In this document: positions 44,308-53,587 of the stretch, piece by piece
How positions within the stretch are numbered: position 1 is the first letter of the stretch
Layout of the letters: each line of letters begins with the position of its first letter
Virus record (IMG/VR): IMGVR_UViG_3300005337_000001
Location: 96,001 to 160,000 of that record
Source: a virus
Length of the DNA: 64,000 nucleotides
Strand: one strand, 5' to 3'
Notes under the pieces: model-generated
The model's database searches: none
Told to the model about the DNA's origin: nothing
What the model saw: only the letters and a program-made list of their open reading frames with translations
Translations under genes and position numbers: made by a program

Positions 44308-47300
44308 CAGTACTTGTGACCTGCCACGTCGTGTAGGTGCTGAAGAGACGGGCGACCTTTGATCGTGTCCTTGTTGAGACCGAACTCAGCGCCGTACGCC
44401 ATACCTGGCACAGGATGCAGGCCGTGGATGTTGGAGCGACCCATCGTGGAAGCGGCTTCGAGGATCGTCTGGCCAAGTCGCTGATGCTGCAGCTTCGCCA
44501 TCCAATCTTCTTGCAGCGACAATGGCATCATGTCGACACCCTTGAGCACCGGCTTGTGCTCGATGGGACGCAACCCCTTGCTCACGAGATCCCGGTTGAT
44601 AGCGTGAATCTTCGACGTGGGATGAAATTCCCCACGCAGCACGCCTTCATAGTCACCCGGTTCATCGATTTTGGTGAGGTTGCTCATCGCCTTCACCACA
44701 GTCTCTACGTGCTGGCGCTTGATGCCTTCATCTTTGTACAGGCCGTAGACTTCATCCGCCAGGTAATTCTGCACGGACTCGATGCTATTGGTCGCCTTGT
44801 ACAGGTCGTGCGGATTCACGAGCGTACGCAACGGGTCGCTCAAGAGCTGCCCGCGCTCCACTTTCATGCCCTGCTTGGGCGGCACCCAAGAGCTGAGCTC
44901 GCCCTTCTCTGTGCTCCAAAGCGGCGCGCCGCCCTCATCCTTGCCGACGTGGTGCTTCTTGCCACCGATGGTGATGGTCACGCCCGTCGGGTTCTTTTCA
45001 ACCTTCTCGATCACGCCCGAGCGCATGGCCAGGGTAGCGGAGTCCGGGATGGTCTTCGGCAGCGTCATGAGCTGGTTGAAGCGGTCGAAGCCGCCCAGCA
45101 CCTTGGAGCCGCCGCTGGTGTCCACGGTACCGCCGGTGTGGAAGACGCGCAGCGTGAGCTGCACCGCTCGCTCGCCAAGACTTTGAGCCGACGTGACACC
45201 CAGGTTCTCGCCGATTTGGTGGACGTGGCCATCCGCTGCCAAGCCGGCGCATTTCTGACAGATGCCCTTGGCGTGCTCGCACTTGAGCGGTGAGCGCACC
45301 AGTACCTGCGCGTTCTTGTCCGCTGCGCGCATCTTCGAGACGATGCTCGGCGTGAGCATCGTGCCTGCCGGCACGCTCATCCCCTTGGCACTGAAGTCCT
45401 TCTGCAGAATGCGGTCGTGGACGTCGCGGTCCGTAATGGGCATCGCGATGCCGCGGGTCGTACCGCAGTCGTCGCCGGTCACCACGAGATCCATCGTGTT
45501 GGCCATCAGCAACTTCGACAGGTAGCCAGGGTCGCGTACCTGCTGCACCTTGAGCACAGAGCCTCGGCGCGCGCCGTGCATCTGGGTCCAGTACTCGCCG
45601 GTGTCGAGGCCTTCTGCGTAGCTCTTGGTGATGGGCGTGGGGATGACGCGGCCGGCCGCGTCCTCGACAAGCATCGGCGCCAAGGTCATCTGCTTGTACT
45701 GACCCCAGCCTGGCTTCACGCCGGCGAGATGCATCGTCATCAGGTTGTTCGGGTCTTCGGTGTGCGTCTTGAGATGCTCGGTCTTCATCTGACGGTCGGC
45801 TTCCGACCAGATGCGTACAAGCTCACGGTCTTCCGAGGCGCCCGTGAGGTGCGGGTTCTTCTTCACCGCAGCAGCGTCGCGGCGAGCACCAGTCAGCACG
45901 CGCTCGCGCGTCTTGATGTCGGGCGTGAAATCGGAAAGCCCCAACGTGTGCACGCCGATGGGCACGTGAATATGCTGGCCAGGGTCGAGACGGTTGGCGC
46001 CGGCGAATTGGCTGTGCTCCACCGTGACCACACCACTCGCTGCGCCGTTGCCGATGTCCTTGAGCTTGTCGGCCACGCTGCCGTAGTCGCCGGTGTGATC
46101 GCTGGCTACCGTGGTGAGCAGCTTGTCGAGGCCCTTCTTATCGAGGTGGAAGTCCAAGTCCTCGAGCATCTTCTTCTGCATCGACTGCGGCAGCGCTGCG
46201 GCGATGAGGATGCGGCCGGTGGTCGTGACCTGCCCGTCGATGTTCACCTTGTCGTTGATATGAAGCTTCCCCTTCTGAACCGCCGTAATGGCGTCGGCGG
46301 GGTGCTTCATGGCAACAGCCTTCTTGTCGTTCGAGCGCGTGAGCTTGTAGAGCCCGAGCGCCGACTCAAGAGTCGGCTGGTACATCACCCGGCCCGACGC
46401 CTCGCTGAAGAGATTGTTCGAGGGGAACATCTTGCGAGCTTCATGAACCGCCTCATCCGAGATGGGCACGAACACGCTCATGGTATCGCCGTCGAAGTCG
46501 GCGTTGTAGCCGCCGGTGACGAGCGGGTGAATCTTGATGGCGCTGCCCTCGACCACCTTCGGCTTGAAGGCCTGCACGCTGTACTTGTGCAGCGACGGAT
46601 CGCGCTTGAGCATGACGGGGCGCTCTTCCATGACGCGCTGTAGCGCACGCTGAGCCTGCAGCCCGCCCTTCGCCACCATCTTTTGAGCCTCGGCCACGTT
46701 CTCCGCAACGCCGCTCTTCTTGAGCTGGTTCACGACGAACGGGGCGAAGAGCTTCATCGCGTGCTCTTTGGGCAAGCCCACCTCATCCAAGCTGAGTGAG
46801 GGCTCAGGCACGATGGTCGACCGCATACTCATGTCCTGCTTGCGGCTGATGAGCGTACTCTGAAAGTAGCCGGTCTTCGGCGTGGCGCCACTGATCTGAT
46901 GGAGCAATCCCTTGTGCGCTGCGTCCTTGTACGGAACGCCGACGCCCATGATGGCCTTCACGCCGTCGTACAAGTTCTTGCGCAGGTCCGACTTGTTCAG
47001 GTCGGTGAGGTTAGTCATCAGCGTCGGATCGCGCATCTGGTCGTTGTTCTGCGCGAACTGTGAGTAGAGCTGGTTGATGTCGGCAAAGTTGAAGTTGCCG
47101 TCTTGCATCACCGTCACGGGGCGCAGCGCCGGCGGCAGCACCGGGATGCTGTGCAGCACGTAGGCCTCGTCTGGCTTCATGTGACTCTCTTGCAAAGCCT
47201 GCAAGCGCTTCACCTTCTTCAACACCTTGTCGACCTTGGACGACGCCGTGGTCGAAAGCTCCTTGCGCGCCGCCGACAGCTCGCGGTCCACGTCGATGTG

Positions 47301-50300
47301 CGAGAGCAGCTGCTTCACCGCCGCACCGCCGGTCACACCCTTGCCAAGCTCCACGATCTTACCGTGCTTGTCGACGGCGTGCGTACCGTTCACTAGGCCG
47401 GTGTAGTCGTTGTCGGTGAGCCCCGTCAGCATGCGAATGCTGTCCTCGAACACAGGGTTCGGGATGGGCTCGGCCAGCTCGATGCGGCTCCACTTGCGAC
47501 CGCCATGGCCACCCGTGAGCTTCTCGTCGAAGAGCCCGCCAGGCTTGGGGCGCGGGTCGCCCGTCTTCGGATCGACCTTGGCGTAGAGGAGCTCGGCAGG
47601 CTTGGGCAGCACACGATCGCCGGTCAGGTCCTTGATGTGCTTGTCGGTGAGCGGGGAGAGGATGAACTCGTGCCCCTTCTTCTCCATGTTGATGCCCATG
47701 CCCTGCAGCATGTCGGTGAACTTCTTGAAGGCGAACGTCGGCTTCGGCGTCGGCAACGGATCGCCGTGCTGAATCGCGTCCCACACATCGTGGTGCTGGC
47801 TTTGCCACTGCTTCTGCGGGCTCACGCTCGGGTCCGGGCCCTCGCTCTTCCACGTCTGCATCTCGCGGATGTTGGCGCGCGCGCCGTGCGCCAGTAGGGC
47901 GTAAAGTCCCAAGGGGTCCATGGACTGACCACCGGCGTGGCCGCCGCCCGAGGGCTGCAAGTTGATGTCGTACTTCTCGACGTCGCCGCCAGGCAGGTTC
48001 AAGCCCGACCGCACCGACACCTTCTTGTCGACCTGGTGGTGCAGCTTGATCATGTGCTGGAAGCCGACCAAGGCGTCGCCGAGCTTCTGCTTGTTCGACG
48101 GGTCGTACAGCGACTCCACGTCACTAATGCCGTGCTTCTTCAACTCGGACTGCACGTTGGCGAGCTGGTTCTCACCGTCGAAGTTCTGCACGAGGTACGG
48201 CTTGCCGGTCTTCTTAGCAATCTTGCTGGCCGCCGTCTCTAACACCTGGCCGATGTTCATGCGGCCCGGAACGCCAGACGGATTGAGCGCCACCTCGATG
48301 TGCTTGCCATCCGGCGTGTGCGGCATCTCGTGGTCCGGCACGATCTTGGTGACGATGCCTTTGTTGCCGTAACGGCCAGCGAGTTTGTCGCCCACCTGCA
48401 TCGGCTCGATGGCTTTCACGTGCACAACGACTTCACCATCGCGCTTGAACGCACCTACCACCTCGCCTGCGCCCTCGCCCTCCCACGTGAGAGAACGGTC
48501 GGCGTACTGCTCACCCAAGCTCTTGCGAATAGCCGACAGTCCCACACGATCTTGGACGTTCGACTTCTTCATCGACAGCACAAGAGGGTCACCAGGCACG
48601 ACGCGGGTGCCTTTCTTGATGAGCCCATCATCGCCGATGTTCTCCAGCTGGTTCCGCAAGTACAAGCCAGGGTGCTGCGCCAGGTAGCGCTTCTTGGCCA
48701 GGATGGTCTCGTCGTCGACCGGGAGATTGTGCTTGTAGAGATGAACGCTCGACAGCTTGTCGGCGGCGCTCTGGCTGATGACGATGCCGTCTTCGAAGTT
48801 GTAGCCCTTATAGGGGATGTAACCGACACGCAGGTTGGTGCCGAGAGCGATAGCACCGTTCTTCGAAAAGTTCGTGTCGGCAATGGTCTGACCGGACTTC
48901 ACCTTGTCGCCGACACTGACGAGCGCCGTAGAGTCGAGCACGGACTTGGCATCGTTGAGTGGGTAGTTCCTGTAGATCTGCACCTCGTGGTTCCTGCCGT
49001 CCTTGCCGGCAATCACGATGGCGTCGTTCTTCACCGCATGGACCACACCGTCCACTGGTGATTGGTGCGAGGCCTGCGTGCCGATAATTTCCTCAAACGT
49101 CTGACGCCCTTCTCTGCCGACACCGGTGCCGACCTGCACCAGCGGCGCCTCACGGTGCACGAGCGAGATGGCCTGCTCCATGTGCCGGGTGGCCATGGAG
49201 GCGCGCCCGCCGGAGGTGTTGTTGATGAACGGGATGAGGTTCGACGTGATATTGAAGAACTGCGAGGGGTGCCTCATCACGTAGTCGGCGTCCTTGATGT
49301 GGCCCTCGCCGATGTCGTTGCCGGCGTTCGACCACTTCACCACGCCACTCTTCGCCGTGGGCTTGTCCTTCTCCCAGGTGACCTGGTCGGGAAGTACAAC
49401 CTTCGACTGCAAGAACTTGGTCGGCCCCACGTACTCCATCTTGTTCGTGTGCAGGTTGAAGAGCGGCACCTGCGGCTCATTGCCGTGCTTGCGCACGCCG
49501 AGCGGCATGCGTAACGTCACGCCCGTCTTCGAACCCTCAGGCGTGTGGATAGGGTCGAGGAACGCCATGTGCGACGGGTTGACGAACTTCACCTCATCGA
49601 GAATCTGCTGCTCGCTCTGAATGCCGCCAGGGCCCATCACCGTCGTCTGTTGCGCGGTCGACACCATCTCGACAGGGTTCACCTGCTTGGCTACCTGCGC
49701 CGCGCTGTTCTTGTGGAACGTCTCGCGGATGGGCTTGTCGAACACCTCGAAGCGCAGCGCGTCGCGCGGGTTTTCAGCCGTGTTGATCTTGCGCTGCATC
49801 TTGGCGCGGATGGACGAGCTCGCCGCCATGATCTTGTCGTGCGCGAAGTCACCCACGCTGCGCAGGTCCTTGAAGACCAGTGAGTCGCGGTCGTCAGGCT
49901 CGGCGCCATTCTGCACCGCCAGCATCTTCTTCGTGGCGCGCGTGAGCGCGTCGCCGTTCACGTGATCGAACGCCTTGCCAAGCGTGATCTGCGTAGCCTC
50001 CGGGCGCATGTCCGTGTTCTTGAACACCTGCACCATATGCTTGGCAGCGTCCGCTTCATTGGGTGGCGGCATACGCTTCGTCGTGCGGTAGAACTGGTCA
50101 ACCGTGCTGCCAGCCTTGCGAGCTACCTGGTTGGCTTTGAGGATGTCCTTGCCCCAAGTCTTCTCGAGCTCGCTATCGGAAACGCCGAGCGTCTGCAGGA
50201 TCGGGTAGAGCGGCAACTTGGCCTTGCCGTACTCGACACGGAACTCCTTAGACTCATCGTCGAACGTGACGTCGAACGACGGCGCTTGCGAGCTCTGGAA

Positions 50301-50696
50301 GCGCGTCTCCAGCTGACCAGTCTTGCGGCGGCGCACGTACGCACCAGGCTTGAGCTGCCATTGGTTGTCGACCTGGTATTCCTGGCCGCCAACAATCTGG
50401 CTGTGGCGCCGCGTGATCTTCGGGAGCTCGGCGATGCGCGTCTTCGCACGCACTTCCCTGCCCGTCAGCTTATCGCGAAGCACCAGATGAGCCACGACCG
50501 GCACGCCCCACGTCTCACCGCTCACCTTGGCTTGGTGCTGACCTCGCAAGTCGTCTGGGCTCTTGTCGTCATGAACTTCCAGCTTCTCGAGCTCGAGCAT
50601 CTGCGTGCGCCCGTCGATCGGAAACTGCTTCTTGATGCCCTCCAGCGTCCGGTCGCGGAAGTTGTCGAAGGCTTCGTTGGGGTCCAGGTACGCCAT
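44307..50696 (-). CDS. single-chain beta-beta' DNA-directed RNA polymerase
   Basis: beta motifs GPGG, TPEG, YNFEDG, GDKLAGRYGNKG, GGQSMDPL; beta' motifs PVLPPALRP, RDPSLH, NADFDGD (46485-46505), HGARRG, AQSLGE, QLTLRVFHTGG. Confidence 0.97.
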   Translation of the reverse strand: MAYLDPNEAFDNFRDRTLEGIKKQFPIDGRTQMLELEKLEVHDDKSPDDLRGQHQAKVSGETWGVPVVAHLVLRDKLTGREVRAKTRIAELPKITRRHSQIVGGQEYQVDNQWQLKPGAYVRRRKTGQLETRFQSSQAPSFDVTFDDESKEFRVEYGKAKLPLYPILQTLGVSDSELEKTWGKDILKANQVARKAGSTVDQFYRTTKRMPPPNEADAAKHMVQVFKNTDMRPEATQITLGKAFDHVNGDALTRATKKMLAVQNGAEPDDRDSLVFKDLRSVGDFAHDKIMAASSSIRAKMQRKINTAENPRDALRFEVFDKPIRETFHKNSAAQVAKQVNPVEMVSTAQQTTVMGPGGIQSEQQILDEVKFVNPSHMAFLDPIHTPEGSKTGVTLRMPLGVRKHGNEPQVPLFNLHTNKMEYVGPTKFLQSKVVLPDQVTWEKDKPTAKSGVVKWSNAGNDIGEGHIKDADYVMRHPSQFFNITSNLIPFINNTSGGRASMATRHMEQAISLVHREAPLVQVGTGVGREGRQTFEEIIGTQASHQSPVDGVVHAVKNDAIVIAGKDGRNHEVQIYRNYPLNDAKSVLDSTALVSVGDKVKSGQTIADTNFSKNGAIALGTNLRVGYIPYKGYNFEDGIVISQSAADKLSSVHLYKHNLPVDDETILAKKRYLAQHPGLYLRNQLENIGDDGLIKKGTRVVPGDPLVLSMKKSNVQDRVGLSAIRKSLGEQYADRSLTWEGEGAGEVVGAFKRDGEVVVHVKAIEPMQVGDKLAGRYGNKGIVTKIVPDHEMPHTPDGKHIEVALNPSGVPGRMNIGQVLETAASKIAKKTGKPYLVQNFDGENQLANVQSELKKHGISDVESLYDPSNKQKLGDALVGFQHMIKLHHQVDKKVSVRSGLNLPGGDVEKYDINLQPSGGGHAGGQSMDPLGLYALLAHGARANIREMQTWKSEGPDPSVSPQKQWQSQHHDVWDAIQHGDPLPTPKPTFAFKKFTDMLQGMGINMEKKGHEFILSPLTDKHIKDLTGDRVLPKPAELLYAKVDPKTGDPRPKPGGLFDEKLTGGHGGRKWSRIELAEPIPNPVFEDSIRMLTGLTDNDYTGLVNGTHAVDKHGKIVELGKGVTGGAAVKQLLSHIDVDRELSAARKELSTTASSKVDKVLKKVKRLQALQESHMKPDEAYVLHSIPVLPPALRPVTVMQDGNFNFADINQLYSQFAQNNDQMRDPTLMTNLTDLNKSDLRKNLYDGVKAIMGVGVPYKDAAHKGLLHQISGATPKTGYFQSTLISRKQDMSMRSTIVPEPSLSLDEVGLPKEHAMKLFAPFVVNQLKKSGVAENVAEAQKMVAKGGLQAQRALQRVMEERPVMLKRDPSLHKYSVQAFKPKVVEGSAIKIHPLVTGGYNADFDGDTMSVFVPISDEAVHEARKMFPSNNLFSEASGRVMYQPTLESALGLYKLTRSNDKKAVAMKHPADAITAVQKGKLHINDKVNIDGQVTTTGRILIAAALPQSMQKKMLEDLDFHLDKKGLDKLLTTVASDHTGDYGSVADKLKDIGNGAASGVVTVEHSQFAGANRLDPGQHIHVPIGVHTLGLSDFTPDIKTRERVLTGARRDAAAVKKNPHLTGASEDRELVRIWSEADRQMKTEHLKTHTEDPNNLMTMHLAGVKPGWGQYKQMTLAPMLVEDAAGRVIPTPITKSYAEGLDTGEYWTQMHGARRGSVLKVQQVRDPGYLSKLLMANTMDLVVTGDDCGTTRGIAMPITDRDVHDRILQKDFSAKGMSVPAGTMLTPSIVSKMRAADKNAQVLVRSPLKCEHAKGICQKCAGLAADGHVHQIGENLGVTSAQSLGERAVQLTLRVFHTGGTVDTSGGSKVLGGFDRFNQLMTLPKTIPDSATLAMRSGVIEKVEKNPTGVTITIGGKKHHVGKDEGGAPLWSTEKGELSSWVPPKQGMKVERGQLLSDPLRTLVNPHDLYKATNSIESVQNYLADEVYGLYKDEGIKRQHVETVVKAMSNLTKIDEPGDYEGVLRGEFHPTSKIHAINRDLVSKGLRPIEHKPVLKGVDMMPLSLQEDWMAKLQHQRLGQTILEAASTMGRSNIHGLHPVPGMAYGAEFGLNKDTIKGRPSLQHLHDVAGHKY

Positions 50697-50707
50697 GCTC
50701 AGCCCAA

Positions 50708-50713
50708 AGTATA
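50708..50713 (-). promoter_or_regulatory. -10-like TATACT upstream of the RNAP gene
   Basis: 11 nt before ATG 50696; no TTGACA-like -35. Confidence 0.45.
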
Positions 50714-50723
50714 CCCAGTACCC

Positions 50724-50747
50724 GCAGAGAATGGCTCGCTTCTCTGC
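50724..50747. promoter_or_regulatory. 8-8-8 inverted repeat GCAGAGAA-N8-TTCTCTGC
   Basis: Perfect arms in the divergent intergenic region. Confidence 0.6.
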
Positions 50748-50797
50748 AAGGCCCGCAACTACCCCGAGATAAGAGAGCTGTATGAAGGGAGCTCTGC

Positions 50798-50947
50798 ATG
50801 AGTGCTACCGACCCTAGGGCGAAGGACAAGCAGGAAAACAAACGCCCGGCGAGCACAGGCAAAGTCTATGAGCAGTTGGTCGAAGACCTGTTCATGGGCG
50901 ACTCGACCGAGGAGGACGAGGAAGAAGAAACCAACGATACGGAATAA
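50798..50947 (+). CDS. 49-aa acidic peptide (not in ORF track)
   Basis: SD GGGAG; MSATDPRAKDKQENKRP...DSTEEDEEEETNDTE. Confidence 0.6.
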   Translation: MSATDPRAKDKQENKRPASTGKVYEQLVEDLFMGDSTEEDEEEETNDTE

Positions 50948-50955
50948 GTACTGAA

Positions 50956-51057
50956 GTGACAGCTCTCATCATCTGGGCCTTCGTGGCCGGTTTGCTGAAC
51001 GGTTTGTTGATGGCAATCCAGGATTTCATTCTGGAGCAAGAAAGGAGGCAAGCGTGA
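50956..51057 (+). CDS. 33-aa membrane peptide (not in ORF track)
   Basis: GTG start; MTALIIWAFVAGLLNGLLMAIQDFILEQERRQA; stop overlaps the next GTG. Confidence 0.5.
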   Translation: MTALIIWAFVAGLLNGLLMAIQDFILEQERRQA

Positions 51058-51668
51058 TCGTCAACCCCTACACGCCAGAGGGACAGGCACTCCTGGCGCC
51101 CATACCGGGGACGCATATCGTCGAAGATTCGCTTGGACTCGTAGGCTCTACATTCAACGACCCGACTAACTTGGTCCGTCGATGGACCATCCGAGCGCTC
51201 TACACGCCGGTGCGAGGGCGCTCTCTTGGTGGGCTGCGCGCCAAGCTGGAGGACCAGAAGGGCTTCATCACTTTCTGCAACCAACGAGACCTAGAAGTGC
51301 TGCTGGACATAGCCAGCCCCGGCGGCTACTGCGCCTGGCTCGACGACGAGTACGTTGAGCCAGGCGAGCGCGGGTGGTACGGGCTGTGCGTTGATGAGCT
51401 GGACCTGCTGGACGACTTGTACGACCGTGAGCTGGAGGCACGGGCCCAATACCCGAACGACGTTGTGCTGCCTCAAGGATTGAGCTTCGAGCGCCGCGTA
51501 CACAACGGCGTGCGCAACGACTTCATCGAGCTCATGTCGTTGCTGTGGGACATCGATCCGGATACCGGCATGGGGCCGGACACCAGGATGGTTACTGTCG
51601 ATCGGCGTTGGACAAGCGTCGAGCGCACCGCCGGATCAGAAAGGCCGAAGCTTTGGCTGCGAGTCTGA
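51054..51668 (+). CDS. hypothetical protein
   Basis: SD AGGAGG; 204 aa. Confidence 0.8.
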   Translation: MIVNPYTPEGQALLAPIPGTHIVEDSLGLVGSTFNDPTNLVRRWTIRALYTPVRGRSLGGLRAKLEDQKGFITFCNQRDLEVLLDIASPGGYCAWLDDEYVEPGERGWYGLCVDELDLLDDLYDRELEARAQYPNDVVLPQGLSFERRVHNGVRNDFIELMSLLWDIDPDTGMGPDTRMVTVDRRWTSVERTAGSERPKLWLRV

Positions 51669-51709
51669 TCGAGGAAGAGGAAGTTGAAGAGGAAGAAGAG
51701 TCCGAGCTC

Positions 51710-52261
51710 ATGGCATCCGGGTGCGGCTGCGCAATCTGCGCGAACGACATCAAGCTCACCGACGAAGTCTTCCTACTCAGAATCGTGCACCCGTTCATCG
51801 TCGACGGGACGCTGACTTATTACGACATCGTGGAAGCCAACGGGGACTACAAGTACCCGCCGGCGTTCTTCGACTTCGAATGCTGGGAGGACGAAGAAGA
51901 AGAAATCCGAACCATTCAGGAGGACGTGCCGCCAGTACAGCACTACAACGGCATCATCCTCTGCGACATCTGCGAGAGCGACATTTGCCAAGGTGAAGCG
52001 ATGGGGCTCGCGCAGTTTGGTGAAATTCGACTGTCGGAGCGGTCGCCTAACAACATACTGTCGGCGTCTTTCGTCGGCATGGCAGAGCCGCAGCACCTCT
52101 GCATCGCGTGCCTCACGCACATGGAAGAGAACCAACAGGACCCAATCTGGCCTGGAGAGATAGAACCAGTACCGAACCACGAGGTGTGCGTCGAAGGACT
52201 CTTCGAACGCTGCTGGCGTGAAGGGCAGTGCTACTGCCCAAAACGAATCTGTGAGAGCTGA
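51710..52261 (+). CDS. Cys-rich multi-zinc-finger protein
   Basis: CAIC, DFEC, CDIC, HLCIAC, C-terminal C..C..CYC..C; start could lie further upstream. Confidence 0.75.
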   Translation: MASGCGCAICANDIKLTDEVFLLRIVHPFIVDGTLTYYDIVEANGDYKYPPAFFDFECWEDEEEEIRTIQEDVPPVQHYNGIILCDICESDICQGEAMGLAQFGEIRLSERSPNNILSASFVGMAEPQHLCIACLTHMEENQQDPIWPGEIEPVPNHEVCVEGLFERCWREGQCYCPKRICES

Positions 52262-52285
52262 CCCAAGAAGAGGAAGAGAAGTTAC

Positions 52286-53587
52286 ATGGCAAGTAAGAAG
52301 ACCACCGCTGCAGCAACCAGTACCGCCGTCGACCCGAACGATTCCGACGCAGCAAAAACCGTCGCTCAGTCCCTGACCGCAAACGAAGTCAACGAAGTCG
52401 TAGAGGTATGCCTGGCCACGCCCATGGAAGGCTACCCGTCGAAGAAGAACGATGACTGCCTGTGGGGTCTGCCGCTGTGCGTCGAAGGCGAACCTGGTAT
52501 CGCCAAGACGGCTCGCATGAAACAGCTGGGCCGCGTGCTGTCGATCAAGGTGAGGTCTCTTTTCGCGGCGCAGCACCCACCGGAGGACTTCTCCGGCGCG
52601 CTCATCCCCGACGGTAAGGGCGACGCCACTCAAATCTGCCCGCTCTCGCAAGTGCGGGAGCTCATCAAAGAGAAGCGAGGCCTCATCCACCTCGACGAGC
52701 TCAACGGAGCGCCGCCTGCCACACAGGGTGCGCTGCAGAGCTTCATCCACGAACGCGTCGCCGGCGACCAGCCTATCCCGGGAAAGATCCGCATCGTCGC
52801 GTCGCAGAACCCAGCAGAGATTGCGACGGGCGGCTTCGCACTGTCAGCGCCGCTCGCCAACCGCTTCGTGCATCTAGTCGATCCAGGACCAACCGCACGC
52901 GACTGGATCTCCTGGCTCATGGGCAACACCACATCGCGGCTCAACGCCTCGATGGAACAAATCGAAGACCAAATATGCGACGACTGGCCGCAGCTCTTTC
53001 CGGAGAGCCAGGCGCTGTTCGCTGGTTTCATGGAGGCCAACGGTGAGGAGCTGCTCCACAAACGACCTGACAGCGGCGACCCAGCGGCGAGCAAAGCGTG
53101 GCCGTCGCACCGCACGTGGGACTATGCCATCCGAGCTTGGACTACAGCACGCATCCTCGAGAAGAACGACAGTATCCGCGACGCCATCATCGAATGTTGC
53201 GTAGGGCCAGGCGCCGCTGCAGTCTTCCTCGAGTACATGAACGAGCACGACATCCCCAAGCCCATGGAGGTGCTCAAAGGCACGTGGAAGCCAGACCAGA
53301 ACCGCATCGACATCGTGATGGCAGCCTACGTCGGCGCCATCGCGTACGTGAGGCAGCGTCCGACGATGAAAGACAAGATGGAGCTTGGCGTCCTGGCTTG
53401 GGGGAGCATGAAGCAGCTCTTCCCACTCGGACTCGCCGACATCGCAGTGCCAGCCTCAGAAGGCCTGGTGCTAGAGAAGCTGGGGCGCGCGTCGGGTGAC
53501 CCAGACCTGAAGAAAGCTGCCAGCGAAATCCTGACCCTGCTGGCCAGGAGCGGTGTGCAGTCATACGTCGAGGAGCGCGACACGTGA
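52286..53587 (+). CDS. MoxR-like AAA+ ATPase
   Basis: Walker A GEPGIAKT, Walker B IHLDELN, ASQNP, APLANRFVH, PSHRTW. Confidence 0.9.
   Translation: MASKKTTAAATSTAVDPNDSDAAKTVAQSLTANEVNEVVEVCLATPMEGYPSKKNDDCLWGLPLCVEGEPGIAKTARMKQLGRVLSIKVRSLFAAQHPPEDFSGALIPDGKGDATQICPLSQVRELIKEKRGLIHLDELNGAPPATQGALQSFIHERVAGDQPIPGKIRIVASQNPAEIATGGFALSAPLANRFVHLVDPGPTARDWISWLMGNTTSRLNASMEQIEDQICDDWPQLFPESQALFAGFMEANGEELLHKRPDSGDPAASKAWPSHRTWDYAIRAWTTARILEKNDSIRDAIIECCVGPGAAAVFLEYMNEHDIPKPMEVLKGTWKPDQNRIDIVMAAYVGAIAYVRQRPTMKDKMELGVLAWGSMKQLFPLGLADIAVPASEGLVLEKLGRASGDPDLKKAASEILTLLARSGVQSYVEERDT

Noticed and set aside
44307-50696. Host chromosomal rpoBC
   Set aside because: No rplK/A/J/L or rpsL context; flanked by phage spike and accessory genes; strongly diverged conserved regions
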